From assembly GCA_003152315.1 (NCBI GenBank), contig PLZV01000023.1, forward strand, positions 4,905 through 68,904: a stretch of 64,000 nucleotides of DNA, in the 5' to 3' direction. Both the position numbers and the translations under genes were made by a program. This stretch comes from Verrucomicrobiota bacterium. Lineage in GTDB: Bacteria; Verrucomicrobiota; Verrucomicrobiia; Palsa-1439. Under the pieces are notes generated by a model, which was not told where the DNA came from, did not search any database, and saw only the letters and a program-made list of their open reading frames with translations. Positions 49,148-59,283 of the stretch are shown piece by piece (within the stretch, counting starts at the first letter, position 1; every line of letters starts with the position of its first letter).

Positions 49148-49262
49148 CGTTCGGTTTTTCCCTTGGTGCACGTGGGCGTTTGCCGTGTGAATCTCAACAC
49201 GGTGAGCGCCGCCTCGCGCTCCGCTCGTAACAACCCGGCAAACTGAAAAGGAAAAACAGAGT

Positions 49263-49394
49263 ATGAACGCAATAATACCAGTTGCTCTCCTGGCGTGGAG
49301 CATACACGGAGGCCGCGATTGGGGTTACGCGCCCGTTGGCGGTGCTGGATTGCTGGTGGTGATTGTCGTAGTGGTGTTAGTGATGAGGCGATGA
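49263..49394 (+). CDS. Small membrane peptide, DUF3309-like (43 aa)
   Basis: MNAIIPVALLAWSIHGGRDWGYAPVGGAGLLVVIVVVVLVMRR. Confidence 0.55.
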   Translation: MNAIIPVALLAWSIHGGRDWGYAPVGGAGLLVVIVVVVLVMRR

Positions 49395-49516
49395 ACAGAA
49401 GCTCTAACGCCTCTCGGTCGCGATTGGTCATAATTAGAATCGCGTCGCTGGCGCGAGTCGCGTCCGTGCTCGCTGGTTGAACCGGACGGCGGGCTGAGTG
49501 TTTTCAATCCGAGCCT

Positions 49517-52339
49517 TCACGGCACGAGAAGGACGCGGTAGAATCGTTGCGTTGCTGACCCGAAGACATTGGAGGCGGACAGGGTGCTGCCGGCGGCAGT
49601 CAAGGTGCCGCCCACATTGCTCCAATTCGTGGGGTTCATGCTGGCCGACGACTGCACTCGATACACCAACCCGGACACCGTGCTCCACGTCAGTCCGATC
49701 GTGCTGTTGGTGCGCGTTACCGACAGGAACTGCGGCTTGGGAAGCGGCGTCACGCTAATGTCGTCGAGGCCGAAAAAAGACGAGCCGTTTTGAAATCCAA
49801 ACTGGAGGACTGTGCTATTCGTGGTGGCGACCACCACAAACTGGAAATACGTCCAATCATACGCGGGCTGGTTGAATTGGCTGGAGATGGTGGTCCCGTT
49901 CCACAATACCAGAAATTCATTCGGAATCGTGCCAAAACCGAGGTCAGCATTTTCCCGCCAGAACGAAAGCAAATAAGGCTGTCCCGGCAACGTCGCCAGG
50001 GTTTGGGAAAGGTCCGCGACCGAGCCGGCCTCGCTCAGGAACGCGGAATAGGTCCCGTCGTACGGCGTGACGCCGAAGAATCCGAGGAGCGACCCGTCGT
50101 CAACCAGACTCGAGCTACCAGAGGGGTTGCCCGTGAGGGTCCAGAAGGAGAAATCGCCGGTTTCAAAATCGCCATTCTGCACAATTGGCTGCCCCACCTG
50201 CAGTGTGAACTGGCGGTTCAAGGCGTGGCCGCTGTTCAGATCACCAAACACCACGTTCCCTGAGTAGATGCCCGGCGCAAGGGACTTGGCTGCGGGATTC
50301 AAACTCACGGCAACGGTCTGTGTCGGTCCGCCGGATGTCAGGGTGCCGCTGCTCGGCGACGCGCTGAGCCACACGGGCGCACTGAGTACCGACCAACTCA
50401 GTGTGGTTGTTCCCGCGTTGCTCAGGGCATAGCTTTGGGAGGTCACGTTGAACGGGCCGCCGGCCGGGCCGATGGCCGTGAAGCCCGTTACCGGGCGAAT
50501 CCTCAGCGCGTCAGGTGGCCGGGAGAGGACGTTGACCAGGTTGCTCCCCGCGGGCGAACCCCAGCCCGTGCAGAGGTCGTAGCCGGGGACGGCGGTAAAT
50601 TGGTTTGGGCTGGCGATCCATTCGTTATTGCCGGTCGTGGTGTCATTGAACGCGGAAGTGTAATCCCCGTCCGTTCCGATGGCGTACACGGCGGGATTGA
50701 TGAAGCCGACCGGGCCGTTGGTGCCGGCCTGCTCGTTGACCAGCGCGATAAACGCCGCCCACAACGGCGAGGCACAACTGGTGCCACCAATGCCACCTTG
50801 ATCTCCGTAATCTGTGCCATTACCGGCAATGACGTCCACGTTGTCCGCAGTCAGGGCAACATCGGGAATGTTGCGCATGGTCGTCGACCCGCCGTTGGCG
50901 GAAGTGGCAACGCCCTGCTGCCAGATTGGAATCGGGTAGGAAGTGCTAATCCCGCCACTGCTGCCAATACCGTCTGCCGCAGGGCCGATTTCCACACCCC
51001 AATTCCACACGGTCTCAGACACGTACGGTCCCGACGGACCCGTCGTCGTCAAGGTCGTCCCGCCGACGCTCGTGAGGTACGGGTCATCGGCGGGAAAGTT
51101 GCTGGACGTCAACGTGTAGAATGCATCGCTGTCGCCTGAGGCGGCGAAGAAGGATTGTCCCTGCAACGCCATTTGCTGGAAGATCTGGTCGGCGTTTGTA
51201 TCGGGACCATCGCCCCAACCCCAGGAACAACTGAGTTGCTTGGCCTGGTTGTCCGTGACCATCTTGTTCAGGACGTCGTTCGGGATGCCGTTGCTTGACG
51301 CTTCATAAAGAATCACTTTGGATAATCCCGGTGCCATCGAAATCACCATCTCGATGTCCAACGAGACTTCGATATTGTTGGTGGTATCGACCGGAATCCC
51401 GTCAAACCCATCGATGTAGACATTCGTCAGGGTAACATTGGGCAGTCCGGCCATGCTCTCGTAGGAGGCGATGTCGGCGGGGTAATAGCCGTCGAATTGC
51501 ACCAGCCCAATCGACTGCCCCGTACCGGTGAGTGCGACACCGGGCGCGTAGGCGGCGCGGAAGTCGTACCCCATGTAGGTGCCGCTCGATCCCGAACCAT
51601 CGGACGGGCGGGCGCGTGCCGTCTTCTGACGCGGCGCAATTTTCAGATTGGCGGGATGCGGTCGGGTAAAATTGTTGAGGCCGTTGATCGCTAGGACCGG
51701 GACATTCATTTCTACGGACGGTTCGACATCGGGCGCATAGAACCTGCGAGCTTCCTTCGGGTGCTGATAGACCCGCATCGTCACGTGGAAAGCTTTCTCG
51801 ATGTCGGCCACAGTCGCGTTCACGTCCAACAGTACGCGATTAGGGTGTGCCGCCGTGATCCGGAATCCGTTCCGATTGGCGAAATCCATCACGGCTTGGT
51901 AATCCTGCTCGGTCGGACCGAACTTCTCGGTGAACTGCTCCGGCGTCAGGTAATGACGATACTGGGGACTGGTGGGATCGTAAATCTGCTGGAGCAGCTT
52001 CGTGAGTCCCTCCTGGTTCCGCAACGGCAGCCCGATCGCCAGGTCCAGCCGCGTCGATCCCGGCAGGCGGTCTACCGGTTGCAACTGCGTCGCCGCCGCC
52101 GGCACGTGGCCTGACAGAGTCCGCCGTTGCTGCGCCTGGGCCGGCTGTGCGAACAACCCGAGGGCCATGCAGGTTGCGGCAACGTACCCGATGACGTGGC
52201 GGAGCGCCGTGGGAGGGCGTGTGACATGCTCGTCGAAGGGCGGCGTGCGAAGCCACAAAACGAAATGCCGATTTCCCAGCCCGAGTCCCATGCCAAGAGC
52301 AATGTGCTCCATGATGTCCCAGTCAGCAACCGAAATCAC
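49517..52339 (-). CDS. Secreted S53 (sedolisin/kumamolisin) peptidase with pro-domain, BACON-like and CBM-like domains and a short C-terminal FYR domain (start uncertain)
   Basis: Pro-domain YLTPEQFTEKFGPT; EVSLDIE, SWG, ASGDS, SVGGT, RNIPDVA, GGTSCASP, GYDLCTGWGSP; ends RFYRVLLVP. Confidence 0.92.
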   Translation of the reverse strand: MISVADWDIMEHIALGMGLGLGNRHFVLWLRTPPFDEHVTRPPTALRHVIGYVAATCMALGLFAQPAQAQQRRTLSGHVPAAATQLQPVDRLPGSTRLDLAIGLPLRNQEGLTKLLQQIYDPTSPQYRHYLTPEQFTEKFGPTEQDYQAVMDFANRNGFRITAAHPNRVLLDVNATVADIEKAFHVTMRVYQHPKEARRFYAPDVEPSVEMNVPVLAINGLNNFTRPHPANLKIAPRQKTARARPSDGSGSSGTYMGYDFRAAYAPGVALTGTGQSIGLVQFDGYYPADIASYESMAGLPNVTLTNVYIDGFDGIPVDTTNNIEVSLDIEMVISMAPGLSKVILYEASSNGIPNDVLNKMVTDNQAKQLSCSWGWGDGPDTNADQIFQQMALQGQSFFAASGDSDAFYTLTSSNFPADDPYLTSVGGTTLTTTGPSGPYVSETVWNWGVEIGPAADGIGSSGGISTSYPIPIWQQGVATSANGGSTTMRNIPDVALTADNVDVIAGNGTDYGDQGGIGGTSCASPLWAAFIALVNEQAGTNGPVGFINPAVYAIGTDGDYTSAFNDTTTGNNEWIASPNQFTAVPGYDLCTGWGSPAGSNLVNVLSRPPDALRIRPVTGFTAIGPAGGPFNVTSQSYALSNAGTTTLSWSVLSAPVWLSASPSSGTLTSGGPTQTVAVSLNPAAKSLAPGIYSGNVVFGDLNSGHALNRQFTLQVGQPIVQNGDFETGDFSFWTLTGNPSGSSSLVDDGSLLGFFGVTPYDGTYSAFLSEAGSVADLSQTLATLPGQPYLLSFWRENADLGFGTIPNEFLVLWNGTTISSQFNQPAYDWTYFQFVVVATTNSTVLQFGFQNGSSFFGLDDISVTPLPKPQFLSVTRTNSTIGLTWSTVSGLVYRVQSSASMNPTNWSNVGGTLTAAGSTLSASNVFGSATQRFYRVLLVP

Positions 52340-52591
52340 ATTCGTCGTGCTCCGCTTGCCGGATGACGACCAACTGCCTTCAACCCATTTTCACTATGGG
52401 CATCGTGAGCTTTCGGTTTGCCGAATACACGAATTTCGTCGATCACTATCTTGAGAATCTTATTGGAGCCGTTGAGTTGCAGAGCCCAATTGACAACTAA
52501 CCACACTCTGACCTTTTCGCGCCGCGATCAACCTTCTGATTCGCACTGACCACCTCATCCGAAGTGGGCGCGACCAAACAAACCCGTCGCG

Positions 52592-55500
52592 CTACGGCGT
52601 CACGCTGAGGTTCTTGGTACCCAACTCGAAGAAGACCTGCTCCAAGAGCACGTCGGTCTGGTTCGCTCGGCGCTGCATCGGGGCGCGGTCCGTGTACTCC
52701 ATGCGCGCCTGGCTGAGCATCTGACGCGTGAACGCTGCGGAGGCGGTCCCGATGTCCGGGATTCTCGTGCTGCCACTGGCGTCGGCATAGTTATAGTTCA
52801 TCGTCTGGACCGGGAGGTTTCCCGTCGCGTTGATGATGGGCCATGTGCTGACAGGGTTACGGAACGTGTTGGCTCCTTGGATCCAAACACTGCCCGTGGT
52901 TGACCCGCTGATGTTAAACCAATCAATAACCTGGATGCCCAGGATCGACAGTTGCCCCGTGAAATTCGCGACGTCGAAGCCGTCGGATGTGGCGCGGCTG
53001 AAATCCTCCGCGCCGCCGATGTTCTCGACCATCTTCGAGCCGAGGAAGGTAATGGTGCCATTACCGGACACCCGCAGCAGTTTATTCCCAGACGAGTTGC
53101 TGGCCTCATTGTACGAATTCTCCACGTACAGCTGGCCGCCATTGGTGCACACAAAACTGATGGCATTTCCCCCGCCATCGGTATTGATGTAACGCACCTT
53201 GCCCGCACCGCTGAGCACCACATTGGCGCCACTCGTGGCGGGTGTGCCCGGCGTGTTTCCTCCACCATAAGACAAACCCGTCACGTCAATGACTGTGTTC
53301 GGGCAATTGCCGAGAAACAGGTTCGCGCCCACCGGCTCGGTCCCGCTGGAATCCCGCAGGTACACCCGCGCCGGCGTGCTGCCGACGCCTGACACGTTGA
53401 TGAGATTGGCCGCGCCGCCGTAATTCCCAATCAGGCCGATATGCGAAAAGGTGGCGCGCGAGGGAGATGGGCACGAGAAGAGCGTGCCGCCGCTGGACCC
53501 GCTCCAGAACAGGATTGTGTTCGGGCCGTCGCCGACAATCCGCACGTCCTTATTAGCAGGAATCGTGACCGTGCTGGTGGGGTAAATTTGGTGGTTCAGC
53601 TCCAACACCGGCGATGGGATATGGAACACACTGCCGTCGCCCGCGCTGTTGATGCTACTCTGCAGCGACGCGGAGGTCATGCTCGTGGTCATCTCAAACA
53701 CCGTGCGGTTCAAGTTGGTCGCGGCAACGGGTAGTCCGGGAAGGGTGAAGGTCTGCGACGTGCGGCTGACGACGACGTTGTCCACCAGGTTGCTGCGCAC
53801 AGAAATCGCACCCGAGAACTTCGCCCAGTTCGAGATGCCGTTCGTGTTGCCGACCGCCAGCAAGTCTGCAATCGAACCAGTGGCAAAAGAAATCGTCGCG
53901 TTGGTCGTCAGCGTGGAGTTGTCCAGCATCACCACCGGGCCGAACTGGTTCATCTGGTAGGGGATGCCGGCCGGGTCGATCACCGTGTTGCCCTTGAACA
54001 GGAGCGGCGTGGTGTTGGCTCCCTGATTGACGGTCACGAAGAACGCGCCGGACTGGTAGCTGGTGTTGCTGACCATCGAGCAGAAGACCGCGCCGGGCAA
54101 GTGGTAGAAATCGATGCCGTTGTGCTGGAAAAACGAGTGATAGGCGTGCGCGTCGCCCTTGCTGACGTAGATTCCATAGGTCGTGTTGTTCTCGATCAGG
54201 CAATCGGTGAACCAGATGTCCAGTGCGTTGAAGTTCTCCAATTCCACACCGATGGAGTTGGTCTGGATCAGGCACCTCACGAAATCCTCGTTCGAGAAGC
54301 CTTCCCACGGTTCAAAATGTCCGCCATCGATCCCGATCCCGCCGGGCGCGGAGTTTTTGATGATGCAATCCTCGTAGAGATTGTTGTTATCGAAGATGGC
54401 GAACGACTGCTGGCTGGAGGCCAGCACCGTTCGGGCTTTGAAGTTGCCGTCGAACTTCAGCCGCGCGAAGTAGCTGTTCACCACCCCGTCGACATGGAAG
54501 CAGGTTGCCGCGCCGGAGTTGTTGGCATCGCTCGCGGACACGGTTGGTCCGTCGTAGAGAAAACCGCATGTATCCCGGTTCAGGCCCACCACCGCAATGC
54601 CATGTCGTTGGGCGAGCCATGGCTTCTTGGTGACGCGACACATGCCGGGAATCAAGAGCACCGGCGAGCACGTGCCATTACCCACGGCCGCCAAGGCGTT
54701 GGATACGGCGACACTGTCGTCGGTTACGCCATCGCAACGCGCGCCCCACGCCATCACGTTCGTCCATGACACAAACGGCCCGTACCATTCATTGAACACC
54801 TGGTTGGTCACGACCAGCGGCGCCGCAGACCCGAGTGTTGTCGTGCACACCAGCGTGCTGGCGGAGGTGTTGCCCGCGTTATCGTAAGCCATGATCCTGT
54901 AACAATGCAGGCTGCCCGCAGTCAATCCGCTGTCCGTATAGGTGGTCCCGGTCGTCGTCCCGAGGATCACTGCTCCGCGATGTACCTCGTATCCCGCCAG
55001 CCCGGAACCGCCGAAGTCAGTGGTTGGATTCCAAGACAGTGTGATCTGTGAGGAGGAGTTGACCAACGCAGTCAGGCCGCTCGGTGTCGTGGGAGCCGTG
55101 GTATCGATTATCGCCATAACCGTTGCGTTAATTGAACCGCCTACTGCCGGCACACTGGCAACATTGGCGGTTGTGTCGCTGGTTGCGGAGAGAGACTCGG
55201 GAACCGGAATCGGAGAGGCAACTGTTATGCCGCCGGAACCGCCTTGCGTAAAATTGTCAGGGAACTGAGCGACGAGAGCGGCATACGAATAGGTGCCCGG
55301 CTCCAACTGAGTGCCGTTGATCGTGACGGCGCTGAACTGGCAATCCTGATGTAACACCATCACACCGTTACTGCCGAGAAGCGTCAGGGTGCCGGATGTT
55401 TGAATGTCATAGCTGATTTCCAAAGTGCCATTGCCGATCGTGAGATTGCCGGCGCCAAGCGAATTCACCCCTGTGCCCTTGAGATAACCTCTTACGACCA

Positions 55501-56068
55501 GCCAGTCGCCGCTGTACGGGTTATTCGTACTTTGAATGTCCATTGAGTTTGCTGGGTTCCAACTGAAAAGAGTGAGATTCCCCTCGCCCGAGAGCTGCGC
55601 AGTAATCACCAGACTGCGGGAGCCCAAACCAAGATCAATAAGCGAATTGGCTGCCACAGCGATTTGGCCGTCAATCGTAAACGTATTGTCATCTCCGGCC
55701 TGCAGTCTGCCGCCGTTAAGAATCAACCCCGCATTCCCGTCCACGCCAGGGAAACTCAGCGTCACCGGCGAAGTCCCCTTGAGCTGGAGCCGGGCGCCAC
55801 GATCCAACGTAAGCGCGTCACCCGGAAATACCGGCGCATCGCCAGGAGGATTCTGGACGCGACCGCCCCAAAGGATTTCATACGTGTTGCCGGCAGTTGG
55901 AGTGGTGGCACCCGGCTGCCAGTCGACGTCGGTCCAGGATTGTACTGCGTATGGCGTGCTAACGCCGGTTGTGTAGAGCGCTGCTTCGCTTGCCGTGGCA
56001 AGAACGAACGTCGCCAAGAACCCTGCGATCCGCCGCAACTCCAAGACGTGAGAGTTGAGATACTTCAT
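52592..56068 (-). CDS. Secreted multidomain protein: passenger-like repeats, FN3, pectin-lyase-like beta-helix (GH55/Pectate_lyase_3-like)
   Basis: Signal peptide; FPGDALTL, FN3 (GYEVHRG...YRIMAYDNAGN), WTNVMAWGARCDGVTDDS, IVGDG. Confidence 0.75.
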   Translation of the reverse strand: MKYLNSHVLELRRIAGFLATFVLATASEAALYTTGVSTPYAVQSWTDVDWQPGATTPTAGNTYEILWGGRVQNPPGDAPVFPGDALTLDRGARLQLKGTSPVTLSFPGVDGNAGLILNGGRLQAGDDNTFTIDGQIAVAANSLIDLGLGSRSLVITAQLSGEGNLTLFSWNPANSMDIQSTNNPYSGDWLVVRGYLKGTGVNSLGAGNLTIGNGTLEISYDIQTSGTLTLLGSNGVMVLHQDCQFSAVTINGTQLEPGTYSYAALVAQFPDNFTQGGSGGITVASPIPVPESLSATSDTTANVASVPAVGGSINATVMAIIDTTAPTTPSGLTALVNSSSQITLSWNPTTDFGGSGLAGYEVHRGAVILGTTTGTTYTDSGLTAGSLHCYRIMAYDNAGNTSASTLVCTTTLGSAAPLVVTNQVFNEWYGPFVSWTNVMAWGARCDGVTDDSVAVSNALAAVGNGTCSPVLLIPGMCRVTKKPWLAQRHGIAVVGLNRDTCGFLYDGPTVSASDANNSGAATCFHVDGVVNSYFARLKFDGNFKARTVLASSQQSFAIFDNNNLYEDCIIKNSAPGGIGIDGGHFEPWEGFSNEDFVRCLIQTNSIGVELENFNALDIWFTDCLIENNTTYGIYVSKGDAHAYHSFFQHNGIDFYHLPGAVFCSMVSNTSYQSGAFFVTVNQGANTTPLLFKGNTVIDPAGIPYQMNQFGPVVMLDNSTLTTNATISFATGSIADLLAVGNTNGISNWAKFSGAISVRSNLVDNVVVSRTSQTFTLPGLPVAATNLNRTVFEMTTSMTSASLQSSINSAGDGSVFHIPSPVLELNHQIYPTSTVTIPANKDVRIVGDGPNTILFWSGSSGGTLFSCPSPSRATFSHIGLIGNYGGAANLINVSGVGSTPARVYLRDSSGTEPVGANLFLGNCPNTVIDVTGLSYGGGNTPGTPATSGANVVLSGAGKVRYINTDGGGNAISFVCTNGGQLYVENSYNEASNSSGNKLLRVSGNGTITFLGSKMVENIGGAEDFSRATSDGFDVANFTGQLSILGIQVIDWFNISGSTTGSVWIQGANTFRNPVSTWPIINATGNLPVQTMNYNYADASGSTRIPDIGTASAAFTRQMLSQARMEYTDRAPMQRRANQTDVLLEQVFFELGTKNLSVTP

Positions 56069-56451
56069 GTATCACTGCTCATTCCAGCTTCGTGGCTGTA
56101 AGTGCATTCTTCCGGGGCACCGTCTACGCGCCATCAACCGCAGCATGATTACTTCCACAGGCGACAACAGTGTTAGTTAAGAACCAAACAACAACCAGTT
56201 TGGCCTTCGGGAAATCCCCCCTAATTGGATTCTCCGGCTATACCCTTTAGCCTTGAGTGTGCCAACGAACACATCAAAGTTCTCACAGAATCGCTACCAT
56301 CTGCAAGAGAGGCACTACCGTCGCAGATTCACTTCATAAACAAGAATGGCCTGTGGGCCAAATGGCGACCATTTGTCGCTACTGTCAATCCATCAGACAA
56401 TTTGTCACTAGCCGGCTGTCACACCTTCTGCATTCCCACAGTCCTGATCGG

Positions 56452-57753
56452 CTACCGCCCCTTCTCAGCTTCCTGGTCCGCACCGACCGCATCATTGGTG
56501 GCGCTCGCGACCGCGGAGGCGGGAGGTTCGCGCAGGTGGCGGCCGGGGCCGTTCAAGATATAGAGGCCGGCGGTGAGATACGATGCCGCGGAGATCAAGA
56601 GCGCGTTGCGCATACCAAGGAGATCGGACACGTTGGTGATGCCGAGCGCGGCAAATGGCATGAGGCCGAAGAAGCTCATGGCGACAATCGACGAGACGCG
56701 ACCACGCATCGGTCCGGGCGCGCGTTCCTGCACGATGGTGTTCGTCAGCCCGGCGAGCGTGGAAACGCCGAGGGACAACACGACCAGCGAACCCGCGGCG
56801 ACGATAAACCGATGGGCAGTCGCCAGGCTGGTCAACGCCAGCGTAATGCAGCCGACGGCGGCGAACAGCAGCCTGCGGCGGTATTCCCGGCGCACGCCGA
56901 GCAGGCTGACCGACCCGGTAAGCGCGCCGATTCCGGAGACTCCCATCAGCATCCCCATTTTGCCCGGACCGAGCAGCAGCACGTATTTGGCGTACAGTGG
57001 CACCATGACCATCATGACGGGGAACACAAAAATAACCGTCGCCACCAGCAGCGTGATCATCGCCATGGTTGGTTTGTCGGAACGGACGTAAGTGAAGCCA
57101 TCCTTGATGGAGCCACGGCGTTGCGCCTCTTCGTGCGCCGTCCCTTTGACGCGTGGGTGAATGGTCAACAAGGCGACGATGAGCGCCCCAAACGAAAGCG
57201 CGTTGGCGTAGAACGCCGCCGCGGGTCCGGCGATGCCGATGACATAACCAGCCAGCGCCGGGCCGATCAAGCGCGTGCCGTGAAACACGGAGCGGTCGAC
57301 CGCAATCGCCGTGGCGATATGGTCCTTGCCGACCAATTCCGGGACGAGCGCGGCTGCGGAAGGCATTTCAAAGGCGGTCGAGATCCCCAGGAAAAATGCC
57401 ACGAGGATGATGTGCCAGATGTGGATTTGTCCGGTGGCCACGAGCCAGCCCACCAGCAAGGCGAAACAAATCTGCACTACCTGCGTCACCAGCAGGATCG
57501 CGCGCTTGTCGTGACGATCAGCAAAGGCTCCCCCCACCAACGAGAGCGCCACGATGGGAATGCTTCCCACAAACGTGACCATGCCGAGCATGACGGCTTT
57601 GTCGGTCAGTGTGGTCATAATCCAGCTTTGCGCCATCACCTGCATCCAGGTGCCCGTCATGGAGATGGCTTCCCCCGTGATGTACCGGGTAAACGGTCCA
57701 TTGCGGAACAAAGTGCGGACACTCTGTCTTCTGGATGTCGGTTCCTGGTTCAC
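56452..57753 (-). CDS. MFS transporter (MFS_3/MefA-like)
   Basis: GTWMQVMAQSW, GGAFADRHDKR, RLIGPALAG, MRGRVSS, about 12 TM segments. Confidence 0.9.
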   Translation of the reverse strand: MNQEPTSRRQSVRTLFRNGPFTRYITGEAISMTGTWMQVMAQSWIMTTLTDKAVMLGMVTFVGSIPIVALSLVGGAFADRHDKRAILLVTQVVQICFALLVGWLVATGQIHIWHIILVAFFLGISTAFEMPSAAALVPELVGKDHIATAIAVDRSVFHGTRLIGPALAGYVIGIAGPAAAFYANALSFGALIVALLTIHPRVKGTAHEEAQRRGSIKDGFTYVRSDKPTMAMITLLVATVIFVFPVMMVMVPLYAKYVLLLGPGKMGMLMGVSGIGALTGSVSLLGVRREYRRRLLFAAVGCITLALTSLATAHRFIVAAGSLVVLSLGVSTLAGLTNTIVQERAPGPMRGRVSSIVAMSFFGLMPFAALGITNVSDLLGMRNALLISAASYLTAGLYILNGPGRHLREPPASAVASATNDAVGADQEAEKGR

Positions 57754-57950
57754 GGATATCCCGTTGATCGGGTCGTTGACTGTATCGCGGAAACTGTCCC
57801 CTGTCCAAGGAGGAAGGGAGGCAGGTCAATGTGATGAAAAACGGACTTTTCCTGGCTCGTCGGCAGAAGTGTTGTCGCGCAACTATTCGCGGGTCGGATC
57901 ACTCGCCGCTTGATTTTGTCCCGGGATTATGAAAAAAGGTTGACACTTCG

Positions 57951-59261
57951 ATGGGGAAAAACCTTAAGATTGCCCTTGGTTCGGATCACGGCGGCCTGGA
58001 ACTCAAGAATCAGCTTCTCGGTTATTTGCAGAGCCGGGGCTTTTTCGTGCAGGACTGCGGCACGCATAGCAAAGACGCCGTCGACTACCCGCGCATCGCG
58101 TACACGGTCGCGCGGCTGGTGGCGAGCGGGACGTGCGACCGCGGGATCATGGTGGATGGCGCCGGCATCGGGTCGGCAATGTCAGCCAACAAAGTCCGTG
58201 GTGTAAGGGCCGCTGCGTGTTACAGTGTCGCTTTGGCGAAGAACTCGCGCGAGCACAACGACGCCAATGTGCTGACGCTCGGCTCGGGCCAGACCAATTT
58301 TGAAACGGCCACGCAGATCGTCGAGACTTTTCTGGCGGGTGCATGTGTTGAAGAACGGCATCGAAAACGGGTACAACTGATCAATGCAATCGAGAACGGA
58401 CCCATTGAAACCGGAGCGCACCAGGCAACCTTGTTGGCCACGGTGGGAGAACCACGCGTGAGCGCCTCCCAGTCCGACCGCGAACGGATCGCCAAGCGCG
58501 TGCAGGAGCTTCTCGCGTCCCAGGGCAATCCGCCCATCGCGGCCACGGTGTCCCGACCGGGATTCTCGCCCGCGCAAATCGCCCAACTGATCGACCACAC
58601 TATTTTACGTCCAGACACCACGCGCGCGGACATCGAGCAGCTTTGCCGCGAGGCGCGCCAGGCAAAATTCTACTCCGTCTGCGTCAATCCCACGTGGGTC
58701 TCACTTGCGCGGCAGTTGCTCGAAGGCTCGAACGTCAAGGTCTGCTGCGTCGTCGGATTCCCCTTGGGCGCGCAGCCGCCTGAAACGAAGGCGATGGAAG
58801 CGCGTGCGGCCATCCGCCAGGGCGCTAAGGAAATTGACATGGTGATCAACGTCGGCGCGCTCAAGAGCGGCGATGACGAGATGGTATTGCGGGACATTCG
58901 CGGGGTGGTCGAGGCCTGCCGTGACGGCAGCGCGAAATGCAAAGTGATTCACGAGACGTCGCTCCTGACCAATGAGGAGAAGGCGCGCGCGTGCGAGCTT
59001 TCCGTCAAGGCGCACGCGGACTTCGTCAAAACCTCCACGGGGTTCAGCTCGGGCGGCGCGACGGTGGAAGACGTGTCGCTGATGAGCCGCATTGTTCGCG
59101 ACAAAGGGCTCGGCGTGAAGGCGTCGGGGGGAGTGCGTTCGCTGGCGGAATTGCTGAAAATGGTGGCGGCGGGCGCAACGCGCATCGGCACGTCCAGCGG
59201 CCTGAAGATTTTGAAGGAAGCCTCCGGGGAAGTTGTTTCGTCGGCAGGCGCGAAGTATTAG
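57951..59261 (+). CDS. deoC: RpiB-DeoC fusion (ribose-5-P isomerase B + deoxyribose-phosphate aldolase), BMC cargo
   Basis: N-terminus [32 protein letters not shown]; C-terminus [40 protein letters not shown]. Confidence 0.93.
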   Translation: MGKNLKIALGSDHGGLELKNQLLGYLQSRGFFVQDCGTHSKDAVDYPRIAYTVARLVASGTCDRGIMVDGAGIGSAMSANKVRGVRAAACYSVALAKNSREHNDANVLTLGSGQTNFETATQIVETFLAGACVEERHRKRVQLINAIENGPIETGAHQATLLATVGEPRVSASQSDRERIAKRVQELLASQGNPPIAATVSRPGFSPAQIAQLIDHTILRPDTTRADIEQLCREARQAKFYSVCVNPTWVSLARQLLEGSNVKVCCVVGFPLGAQPPETKAMEARAAIRQGAKEIDMVINVGALKSGDDEMVLRDIRGVVEACRDGSAKCKVIHETSLLTNEEKARACELSVKAHADFVKTSTGFSSGGATVEDVSLMSRIVRDKGLGVKASGGVRSLAELLKMVAAGATRIGTSSGLKILKEASGEVVSSAGAKY

Positions 59262-59283
59262 ATGGACACGAAAGGAATGAAAC

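Noticed and set aside
56249-56265. Sigma54 promoter (TTGGCACACTCAAGGCT on the minus strand) for the 52592..56068 gene
   Set aside because: GG-N10-GC spacing fits but the -12 context is poor and no activator is evident; too weak to call.
56257-57834. 525-aa plus-strand ORF
   Set aside because: Antisense shadow of the MFS gene with Arg/His-rich non-protein composition.
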